Below, in pieces: positions 56,301 through 64,000 of a stretch of 64,000 nt of DNA. The DNA lies in IMG/VR virus record IMGVR_UViG_3300023082_000010, positions 1-64,000 of that record, one strand, 5' to 3'. The notes beneath the pieces are model-generated. The model saw nothing but the letters and a program-made list of their open reading frames with translations, searched no databases and was not told the origin of the DNA. A program made the translations under genes and the position numbers. The DNA comes from a virus. Position 1 is the first letter of the stretch. The number at the start of each line of letters is the position of its first letter.

Positions 56301-57034
56301 ACTTGCACCAGTTTAATCCTTTTAGTTCTTGGAGTTTTTGAGGCTGCTGATTTGTTTTCAAACTCAGTAGCGAAAATACAAGCTTCTCTAGAATAAACTT
56401 TATTACCTTCAAATTTAAGATCTTTGTCTAAATTATAAGGGCTTGTACCGAGCTGTTTAGCTTCCAACCAAGAATCAAAATTATCTAAACTGGAGATGTC
56501 TGAAAGAAAGTTAGCAAAACAATGCCACCTCGTATCTACGAAACATTTGCCAAAATACCCATGAGCATCTTTAGGATTATAACAACGCTTCATCATATTT
56601 GACCAAAGCTGCTTAGCTTGTTTCCAATAAGGCAGAAGCTCATACTCTCCTAAATAACCAATCCCAAGAAAGGTTTTGCTATAAGGATCGGATATTTTAC
56701 CCATCCGTACATTATCAATGTGTACTTCTGCTGTGTAGCCTGTATCATAGAATTGAACTACGCACTTCTTGGACTTCTTACTAATAATTTTTCCACTGTA
56801 TCCAGCATTATTAGTAAACTCTTCGTCCCAAGGTTGCCAGTCGTGAGCTGTACATTTTGGTACGCTAAAGTCTCTAACCTTACCAGCAAGTACATTGCCA
56901 GCGTCAGCTGTTGTTTCATAACCTGTAGTAACAAATCTTAAATGTAGTTTTCGGCCATCTCGACCAATAACTTCCATAATTCCGTAGCCATTCGACTCGT
57001 AAAACTGATCATAAATTTTTCTTACATTAGCCAT
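56297..57034 (-). CDS. free-standing HNH-type homing endonuclease
   Basis: FLGIGYLG, W.NM..RCY, W.CF.NF, LDKDL...GNK.YS.E.C.F; its stop overlaps the terL ATG (ATGA). Confidence 0.8.
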   Translation of the reverse strand: MANVRKIYDQFYESNGYGIMEVIGRDGRKLHLRFVTTGYETTADAGNVLAGKVRDFSVPKCTAHDWQPWDEEFTNNAGYSGKIISKKSKKCVVQFYDTGYTAEVHIDNVRMGKISDPYSKTFLGIGYLGEYELLPYWKQAKQLWSNMMKRCYNPKDAHGYFGKCFVDTRWHCFANFLSDISSLDNFDSWLEAKQLGTSPYNLDKDLKFEGNKVYSREACIFATEFENKSAASKTPRTKRIKLVQV

Positions 57035-57073
57035 GTGAATTCTCCCATGCTAGTTAGTTAGATTTTAAACTTC

Positions 57074-57418
57074 TTATTTCTTCTCAAAACTTTCTTCATA
57101 CTGTCGAATAAGCTGTGCTCTGTCGCGACCACTAATGCCACGTTCTTTACAGACAGCTTTCAACTTATCCCATTCAAATTCTTCAAGCTGCTCTTTACTA
57201 TACTGCAACTCAACAGGATACACCCGAACACCATTCACCATGTCATCTTCAAGAAACTCTTCAGTTTCAACGTTCAGCATGACTTTATTCGGAAAGGTAT
57301 TTTTGGTTGGATAACTGCTGTCAATCGTAGCACCGAGGTTAGCGAACCGTACCACATTCTCAAGAAATTTAATCCCTGAGCTATCTGTTGCTTTAAGCTC
57401 TACTTTATAAGTATTCAC
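57074..57418 (-). CDS. hypothetical protein with a C-terminal Rho-N/HeH-like motif
   Basis: LE..EW.KLK.VCKERGISGR.RA.LI. Confidence 0.6.
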   Translation of the reverse strand: MNTYKVELKATDSSGIKFLENVVRFANLGATIDSSYPTKNTFPNKVMLNVETEEFLEDDMVNGVRVYPVELQYSKEQLEEFEWDKLKAVCKERGISGRDRAQLIRQYEESFEKK

Positions 57419-57451
57419 TGTTCGTTTCGCCTTTCTAATGTCTATATGAGT

Positions 57452-57480
57452 ATATTACTGAGAAAGGTCAATTCTGTCAA
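57452..57480 (-). promoter_or_regulatory. sigma70-type promoter upstream of the terL operon
   Basis: TTGACA-17 nt-TAATAT. Confidence 0.65.
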
Positions 57481-57560
57481 TAGATATTTTCAATTAAGTT
57501 AAAGTATTTTAATAAGAACCTCTATATTGCAAGAGGCTCCTATAAATCACCTTATTTTAA

Positions 57561-59693
57561 TTACAACAGCACTTCCTGTGCTGATTGAAACGCATACGTT
57601 GGTGTTCCGGTTACGTTTGCCGTTCTCAACCTTACAAACTTACCTGCGGGAATAATACCTGCAAGGTTTGCTGTGCCAAGATTTGTAATACTCAGAACAC
57701 CGCCTGTAGAATTACCAGAAGATGCTACTACCGTAACCCCTGTAGTAAAGCCAACCTCGTTAGCATATTCAAGATAAACCCTACCACTTGTGCCACCAAT
57801 CAAAATAGCTTGAACAGTGATATCCACGGAATACACCACTTGACTATCTCGTGTACTGCTCACTTGAAATGCTGTGTTTAATGTTCTTGTAGGGTTTGTA
57901 AATACACGAGCTTGAGGAAGGCTTGTTAATGGTGCCTTAGCATCCAATGCAGACTGCAACGCTGTCACGTCTGCAATAACATGTGTATGAGCAGACGGTG
58001 GGAAGCTTGTAGGCTTGCCAGTTAGACTTGCATACGTTCCATCAAACAATACTGGCTTATTTGTAAGGTCAGTGTAACTTCCACTAAATAATGTTGGCTT
58101 CCCTGTCAGATCCGAATATACACCACTGAACAATACAGGCTTATTGATCAAGTCTGTATAAGACCCTGAAAACAGTGACGGCTTATTCAGTATCTGTGCA
58201 GCACCTGATGTCGCATTCCAATCACTCTGAACCTGTGCAGCAGGGATAATCGGAAAAGTTACTACAGATCCATCGCCCCGAAGATATTCAGTTGTAAATC
58301 CTGTTGGTGAATTAAACTTACCGGCTAATAGGTTATTCAAGGATTGTGTAGTGGTGTAGTTACCTAGTGTCGAAGTAACACTTGCTGTTGTAGCATATCC
58401 ACTCAAAGCCGCTGTAGATACTTTGCTATCAAGAGTGTTTTGAAGATTGGTAACATCACTAATGGCATGTGTGTGACTTGTGGGAGCTGCACCAACATCT
58501 ATGTTCGTTAGAACAACAGTTCCAGTCTTACCATTAACAGACACAACAGGGAAAGTTACGTTTGTAAGATATCCACTATCATTAGTGAGTTGTGATGTCT
58601 TGGTGACAGCTGAAGGAATAATTGGTTGGTTGGTCAAATCAGTGTAGCTACCTGAAAACAGAACAGGTTTTCCACTTAGATCAGAATAAGCGCCAGAGAA
58701 CAGATTAGGTTTATTTGTCAGATCATTATAGCTGCCTGAAGTAGCAACTGTTGCCAGCCCACCTAGTCCACTATTTGCAGCTTGAATACCGCTTGTTAGT
58801 GCTGATAATTGATCAGTTAAACCGTTTACTTCGGATATGCTGTGAGTGTGTTGACTTGGAACAAAGGACGCTGGAACACCCGTTAAATCTGCATACTTTC
58901 CAGAGAATGGTGTAGCCATTGTACTAATTTGTGTTTGAAGATTTGCCACATCATTGGCATCAGCAACACCAACAAAATAACCTTCTTGCAGCCAAGCTGA
59001 TATCGCGGGAACTCCATTGGTTCCTGACAAAGCAATATTATCCCCCTGAATATCATAGGCCAATACTGTGCCAGCTTGGAAGATTAATGCAGTATCTTGA
59101 AAATCAATTAAATTATCACCAACCTCAAAGGTTGTACCACCCTCTCCAGTCAACCATGCAGACTTACTAGGGAAATACTTTACAACAATGCCACTCACCT
59201 TATCCATGATACGCAGACGAACATTATTCATCTGTTGTGTTGCATTAAAGCTTAGTGTATTAGTACGAGCCGTAAGACGTGTCGTGTATTCAAAATGTAA
59301 AGGGTTTGTTGTGATGACTGTATTGCCTGCCGAAGCTTGAAATTTCTTCTGAGCTTCGATCAGTTTAAAATAATATGGCTTAGATGATGCGGATGTTCTT
59401 GGAACTGCATAATCTACAAGTTGGTATTTGATACCATCAACCATGTTTTCAAATGCAAGGAAACCCGCTGATTCTGATAGTCGTAAAACATCACCAAAAT
59501 CAATACTGCCTGATTCTACAGAAAACCCCACAGGAGCCAAAAGGCTTCCTGATGTCAGCATTCTCAGGCCAGAGCTTTGTAGTGTCCCATCTGGAGCTTT
59601 ATAGGGTACTTCAAAAGTTTCTAAGTTATCCAGATTTACACCACTGTCACCAGTGATAACCGTAACAGCATTCTTGCTAGGTATGATAGCCAT
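57561..59693 (-). CDS. fibre-like virion protein with tandem repeats
   Basis: 14-aa LFSGSY.DLT.KP repeats, HTH.ISDV..LQ repeats, V.SVNG.TG.V.L motif. Confidence 0.75.
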   Translation of the reverse strand: MAIIPSKNAVTVITGDSGVNLDNLETFEVPYKAPDGTLQSSGLRMLTSGSLLAPVGFSVESGSIDFGDVLRLSESAGFLAFENMVDGIKYQLVDYAVPRTSASSKPYYFKLIEAQKKFQASAGNTVITTNPLHFEYTTRLTARTNTLSFNATQQMNNVRLRIMDKVSGIVVKYFPSKSAWLTGEGGTTFEVGDNLIDFQDTALIFQAGTVLAYDIQGDNIALSGTNGVPAISAWLQEGYFVGVADANDVANLQTQISTMATPFSGKYADLTGVPASFVPSQHTHSISEVNGLTDQLSALTSGIQAANSGLGGLATVATSGSYNDLTNKPNLFSGAYSDLSGKPVLFSGSYTDLTNQPIIPSAVTKTSQLTNDSGYLTNVTFPVVSVNGKTGTVVLTNIDVGAAPTSHTHAISDVTNLQNTLDSKVSTAALSGYATTASVTSTLGNYTTTQSLNNLLAGKFNSPTGFTTEYLRGDGSVVTFPIIPAAQVQSDWNATSGAAQILNKPSLFSGSYTDLINKPVLFSGVYSDLTGKPTLFSGSYTDLTNKPVLFDGTYASLTGKPTSFPPSAHTHVIADVTALQSALDAKAPLTSLPQARVFTNPTRTLNTAFQVSSTRDSQVVYSVDITVQAILIGGTSGRVYLEYANEVGFTTGVTVVASSGNSTGGVLSITNLGTANLAGIIPAGKFVRLRTANVTGTPTYAFQSAQEVLL
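58010..58180 (-). repeat. 42-nt coding tandem repeat (four units of (L)FSG.Y.DL..KP)
   Basis: Visible in the translation; a second block of three units lies near 58620-58745. Confidence 0.75.
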
Positions 59694-59980
59694 TAGTCAA
59701 AAACCTGAATAAACATTTTACCATTTCCTTTAGCCCAAACTCTGGAGCCAACAGGAACCTTATTAATAGTTGTCCATTCACCACCTGCTGCCGTACCTAT
59801 ACCATTCAACTGCCATCCATCAATCGATGCAGCCGTGGGCGTACTTGCTCTAATCTGAATATAAATTGCATTACTACTTTTATTTTTTACTACAAGATCA
59901 CTCTGTGGAGCAATACCTGATGCAGCATAGACATCTAACCAAACACCACTTATAAGTGTGAGATCTGGGATTGTATCCAT
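59693..59980 (-). CDS. small virion-associated protein
   Basis: Likely start MDTIPD; beta-rich, ends RVWAKG. Confidence 0.6.
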   Translation of the reverse strand: MDTIPDLTLISGVWLDVYAASGIAPQSDLVVKNKSSNAIYIQIRASTPTAASIDGWQLNGIGTAAGGEWTTINKVPVGSRVWAKGNGKMFIQVFD

Positions 59981-60130
59981 TTGTAAACACCTTTTTGTTA
60001 TTTTATTTTTAGGTGTCTTTTTTCGAGGTATTATAGCCACAGACAGACAAACAGTGGCTTCTATATTTAACAGCCTCGCCTGTTCTAAATCTGTTTAGAA
60101 TGTATGGGCTTCCCTGCCCCTTAATGCTCT

Positions 60131-62701
60131 TCAGCTATTCAACGCAGCCGAGGTGATAGGCATATCCTCGGCAGCCAATTCAATATGGCCTTGTGTCTGA
60201 GGGTGTAGCCCATCATTGGTGTAAACACGAGGTGTGCTGGACGATACTTTCCATTTGTGTACATCTGTGCCACGAACAGCATTGCCGGGAAGGATATAAT
60301 CAAACCCCGCATTATCAATCAGTGTGTTGTACTGATCAGCTTGTTGTCCCGTATTCCAGCCATATACAGTTGTCTGATCAGCTTCTGTCTGATAATTACC
60401 TGTACCATCTTGTGTGCAAAGCAGAAGATGTCTTACACCAATTGGAGACAGACTCTGTGCTTTAAAATCAGATACACGAAGCTTGAGCTGTTCAAACACT
60501 TGTTGTGCTGTAACACCATTATCAGAGCCACGAGGAAGATCATTTGTGCCCAATGTACCAGCTTCAGCAAATGTTGACATACGTGCGTATTGCAATACAC
60601 GCTCATCGTTCATGCCAGCAACTGTCTTACCGCCCGGTACACAGAAGTTAAATCCTGCTGCTGGAACTGGAAGACTTGCAAGTTTACGCTGTGTAAAGCC
60701 AATACCAGAGACTGAGCCAGCACCACTATCACCAATACCTGCCGGGATAGAATCACCAATGAAGAATGCTACAGAAGGTGTTGAGCCTGTCACATACTTA
60801 CCAAGAATATAAGGTGTGTAGCCTGCTGCAATAGAATCTGGGGCTGGACCTGATGTGACAGTGAATGCACCAGAGACATCTACACTTGAAAGTGTTGTGA
60901 CAGATGGATCGTACACATATACTTTATCACGAGGGAATGCTGTAAGAAGACCACGAACACCAAATGGACACTGACCACCGTTAGGAAAGGCAAGCCTTAC
61001 TTTAACATGAACCTGTGTGCCTGCTGGCAAACTATCTACACCAAATGCTGTAGGGATGGAAATAGGATTCATCATTACACCACCATGTCCGTCAGGTAGT
61101 GTAAAGGATCTTGTATTACCCGAAAAGAAGCATGGAACTGTAACACCTAATGCCTCAAAGGATACGTCCAATACAGGACGATCAGCACCTACGTTAGTCC
61201 CCATACCTGTGCTTTCACTTGTTACAATAAAGTTTGGAAGGCATAAGGTGATTTCATTAACTGGGGCACCGCCTGCAATAATACTTGTAAAGTCTGTTGC
61301 TACAACACGATTAGAGGATACACCAAAGAGACTTGTGTAGACAGCATTCCAATATGTGACGCCCATTGTACGATTAGCTTGTGGGACATCTGCAAGGTCT
61401 TCTGCCCACGCTGTAACCCCATCAATCTCAGCATCTGTAAGATCACGGTTAACAATTAATAGCCCTGCCACTGTGCTGTTGACACTATAGGATGTACCAA
61501 TTGTCTGGTTGGAAAGAATCTGTGCCCCAACCCCTGCAATACTTTTAACAACTGTGACATTGCTCCCAAGAGCCGTCCCAAAGTTTACAGGAAGAGCATC
61601 ATCAACACCATCTGCATAGACATGGGCTGGAACGCTTCGATAACTTAAGCGATTGCCGCCTGTTTGCCTAGCATGGTTTCCTGCCACAGCTTGAATCGTG
61701 ACATTAGCCCAAGATGATCCACCGTTGCCATTACCAGCACTACCAATTGTCAGACGGGCTGTCTTGGTAGTTGGAACAGTGAAATAAACATTGCCTGTGT
61801 ATGTACCACCATAAAGTGATGGACGAATAACATCTTGCTCATCAAATCGGATAGCTAAATCTGTATCTCCGTAACCACCAAAGGTGCCCGATGCTTTGTA
61901 GAGCTGACCTGCAACACCTGCAAACGAGCCATTAAGCTGCGATTGGCTAAAGTTGTTATCAGCATTGCCTGTAGCATTTTCCAATACAGCGTTAGCACCA
62001 AGAGTGAGGCCTTTGGACTTATCTAGCCACAAACCTACACCATCTCCCATTGCTGTGACAGGGCGTGCCCCATCAAAGTATTGGAAGAGAGTGGATGTAT
62101 CAGATGCATCAAGCCACAACCCACGTTCACCATCTGCAAACAACCCTTCCATTGTAAATGGGCCGGGATCAGTTGCTACAACAGCATTTGTGCTATAAAG
62201 CTTCCAGTGCTGTGCATCGGAGCTATAAGCTGGAACACCGCCCATGTCGCTGATAAAGACTGTCGTGTTTGGATGATCTGCTGCAAGGTAGGTGCTTTTA
62301 AGCTCAACAAGGGTTTTACTTAAAGGTGAGCTTGGGGCGATAGAATTGATAGCTTGTTGTACAGCTGTGCTGATAGGCTTGTTTAGATCTGATGTGTTGT
62401 CAACTTGAGATAAACCAATATCAGATTTATCAAGGACAACTACTCCCGTCTCACCATTTACACTCTGAACACCTGATGTACCACTACCAACATCTCCCTT
62501 CTGAGCCAAAACACCCCAATAACTAGTGTTGGTTGGAACGTGATTGATACCAGCAGAGATAGCAAGATAGCTAGACCCGTTATAACTTACAGCATCATCG
62601 ATAGCGTAAGTTTGTGTAGGGTTGTAGACACCTTTCCAGATAATCCCCTTGTCACCTTTATCACCTTTGAAATATTGCCCTACAAATTCCACATCAATCA
62701 T
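60131..62701 (-). CDS. virion-associated protein with a C-terminal SGNH/GDSL esterase domain
   Basis: KGDKGD and W.G.Y.....Y...DAV.YNGSSY N-terminus; SGNH blocks FIGDSI, GTND, DGLHP. Confidence 0.75.
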   Translation of the reverse strand: MIDVEFVGQYFKGDKGDKGIIWKGVYNPTQTYAIDDAVSYNGSSYLAISAGINHVPTNTSYWGVLAQKGDVGSGTSGVQSVNGETGVVVLDKSDIGLSQVDNTSDLNKPISTAVQQAINSIAPSSPLSKTLVELKSTYLAADHPNTTVFISDMGGVPAYSSDAQHWKLYSTNAVVATDPGPFTMEGLFADGERGLWLDASDTSTLFQYFDGARPVTAMGDGVGLWLDKSKGLTLGANAVLENATGNADNNFSQSQLNGSFAGVAGQLYKASGTFGGYGDTDLAIRFDEQDVIRPSLYGGTYTGNVYFTVPTTKTARLTIGSAGNGNGGSSWANVTIQAVAGNHARQTGGNRLSYRSVPAHVYADGVDDALPVNFGTALGSNVTVVKSIAGVGAQILSNQTIGTSYSVNSTVAGLLIVNRDLTDAEIDGVTAWAEDLADVPQANRTMGVTYWNAVYTSLFGVSSNRVVATDFTSIIAGGAPVNEITLCLPNFIVTSESTGMGTNVGADRPVLDVSFEALGVTVPCFFSGNTRSFTLPDGHGGVMMNPISIPTAFGVDSLPAGTQVHVKVRLAFPNGGQCPFGVRGLLTAFPRDKVYVYDPSVTTLSSVDVSGAFTVTSGPAPDSIAAGYTPYILGKYVTGSTPSVAFFIGDSIPAGIGDSGAGSVSGIGFTQRKLASLPVPAAGFNFCVPGGKTVAGMNDERVLQYARMSTFAEAGTLGTNDLPRGSDNGVTAQQVFEQLKLRVSDFKAQSLSPIGVRHLLLCTQDGTGNYQTEADQTTVYGWNTGQQADQYNTLIDNAGFDYILPGNAVRGTDVHKWKVSSSTPRVYTNDGLHPQTQGHIELAAEDMPITSAALNS

Positions 62702-63040
62702 TTATGCCACCACAGAATTAGTAAGGAAAGTAATATCTTGGATGATATTGACAGAGATTGTAGAGGTGCTAATGACAACACCAAGAGGGCTTGTCAGTTG
62801 AATGTCAATTGAGGCATCCCCTACAGGCCATGCCGTTGTATCAAGGTGAGAGATACGAACAGTGCGTGTAGTAGCGGGATCAAGCCATTCAGGGGAAAGG
62901 TCAGCAATAAACGTCAAGTAGCGGGATGTACGGATTTGGGAGGATAGAGTCCATGATGCAAAGTATCCGTCACCAAATGTGGCGGGGAGGTTGATTAGCT
63001 CCGAGAGTGAATCCCCTCTTTTTATTGAGATTGAAGCCAA
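62702..63040 (-). CDS. fibre adaptor (BppU N-terminal-like)
   Basis: IKRGD.......W...SQIR......T..WP.G....DIQ.T...G.V.ST.T..V.I..DIT. Confidence 0.65.
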   Translation of the reverse strand: MASISIKRGDSLSELINLPATFGDGYFASWTLSSQIRTSRYLTFIADLSPEWLDPATTRTVRISHLDTTAWPVGDASIDIQLTSPLGVVISTSTISVNIIQDITFLTNSVVA

Positions 63041-63061
63041 TTGAAATTCCCCTTATTATAA

Positions 63062-63235
63062 TAGTTGTGCCAGCGTCCACAATCTTAACCTGACCTGACA
63101 ACTCTCCCTCTGCAAGATTCAAAGGGTTTCTCCGCAATCAACCGTCTTTCCGGTTTGTCATTTATTTTAGCTAACCGCCAGATTAGCTTATGAAGGTCTA
63201 GGCAAGATCTTCAATACCAAGCATCACTACTTGAT
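63062..63235 (-). ncRNA. candidate structured RNA of unknown class
   Basis: Five or more consecutive helices in an intergenic region, with G.U pairs favouring the minus strand. Confidence 0.45.
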
Positions 63236-63238
63236 TCT

Positions 63239-63278
63239 TTATAGGTCATTATAGACCAATTATAGAGTGATTATAGAC
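63239..63278 (-). repeat. tandem TCTATAAT repeats with a 10-11 bp period
   Basis: GTCTATAATCA CTCTATAATTG GTCTATAATGA CCTATAAAG. Confidence 0.75.
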
Positions 63279-63304
63279 TAAGAACTCAGATATGAATAAT
63301 AAGA

Positions 63305-63709
63305 TTACTCGTCTTCGTCAGGGTCTACATACACCAACGAAAGTCGGGGTTTGAGTTCAGATTTGATTTCTTCAGGAGTCTGTTCTTCAGGATCACGCTT
63401 ACCTTCAAGACGTGCCTTGAAGTTAGAGATTTCATCGGCATTTGCGGCTTTTTCTACCGATACAAGTGATTGAATCACCCACTTGGCGCTCGCTACGCTG
63501 TCAGCGTTTACAGTCTCACTTTTCAGGCTCTTATCAATCAACTCCAATGCAATGTCTTCTCGCTGGCGTAGCTTATCCGCAAGATCACGCAATTTAGATT
63601 GTTTAATACGAACTTTCGAATTACCTTTGGTATTTCTATTACTTTTTTCACCATCAAAACGGGTTGCCTTTTGGGCAGCCGTTTGTTTATCTTTTGTTGG
63701 ACCAGCCAT
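63305..63709 (-). CDS. putative terminase small subunit
   Basis: TRF.G.....N.KG N-terminal motif, helical core, RLSL tail; first gene of the late arm in this window. Confidence 0.6.
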   Translation of the reverse strand: MAGPTKDKQTAAQKATRFDGEKSNRNTKGNSKVRIKQSKLRDLADKLRQREDIALELIDKSLKSETVNADSVASAKWVIQSLVSVEKAANADEISNFKARLEGKRDPEEQTPEEIKSELKPRLSLVYVDPDEDE

Positions 63710-63782
63710 TATTAAATACCTTTGTGTTATACACTTGTTTAAAGCCATTCGGTTACAGAATAGATACTGTGGTGACTAAGTG

Positions 63783-63982
63783 ATGGAATGGACTTAAAGA
63801 AATGTCTTCCAGAGCGGGAGAGGGCACTTTGGAAGACACAATACCAATAATAGGAGGAGAGAAACCACTATTGGCGAGGAGCACATACCATATGTTATCG
63901 GAGGATTATAATTGTGGTATGTGTAGGGAATTAGCCGGGGAGGTAGGATAATACATTTTCAGTCCTAGCCTCCCCGTAGCTT
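63783..63982. ncRNA. candidate sRNA: four tandem hairpins rich in GGA (plus strand) or CCUCC (minus strand)
   Basis: Stems TGTCTTCCA/TGGAAGACA, CCAATA/TATTGG, CACATACCA/TGGTATGTG, CGGGGAGG/CCTCCCCG; about 12 GGA triplets in about 170 nt. Confidence 0.45.
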
Positions 63983-64000
63983 ATCTGAAGTTCACTTTAA

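Noticed and set aside
56191-56412. 73-aa minus-strand ORF across the terL start
   Set aside because: Alternative frame overlapping the HEG end, terL exon 1 and the intron 5' end; no independent coding signal.
58010-58745. Periodic 42-nt repeats as a CRISPR-like array
   Set aside because: Degenerate at third codon positions, in frame within a fibre gene, with no unique spacers and no cas genes.
63040-64000. tRNA genes near terS
   Set aside because: I found no cloverleaf or GTTCRA T-loop on either strand; tRNAs may lie beyond the window.

Overview
This window is a 64-kb piece of a lytic, contractile-tailed (myovirus-type) dsDNA phage genome. I infer a Gram-negative host from the sigma70-type promoters and spanins; the exact host cannot be read from the sequence. 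Positions 1-6.9 kb are small minus-strand early genes. Positions 7.1-28.8 kb are a plus-strand replication and nucleotide-metabolism arm (primase-helicase, family-B DNA polymerase, SSB, exonuclease, ThyX, NrdB/NrdA). Positions 28.9-63.7 kb are a minus-strand late arm (lysis, tail, baseplate, head, terminase, extra fibre/esterase module). Main observations that the ORF track misses or does not explain: (1) A 230-nt ORF-less group I intron splits the Walker A motif of terL, and a free-standing HNH-type endonuclease gene overlaps the terL start. (2) Two paralogous 412-aa SF2-helicase-like genes each lie beside a homologous hairpin element with co-varying arms; the two elements bracket the replication arm in inverted orientation, a candidate two-origin or initiator-plus-cis-site system. 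(3) The lysis cassette has two spanin pairs. (4) The tape-measure gene appears to start at AUC. (5) There is an Rmf-like small ORF and an EF-Ts-like N-terminal fragment. (6) Two candidate structured ncRNAs flank terS. All functional calls come from motif recognition by eye; no database searches were run.
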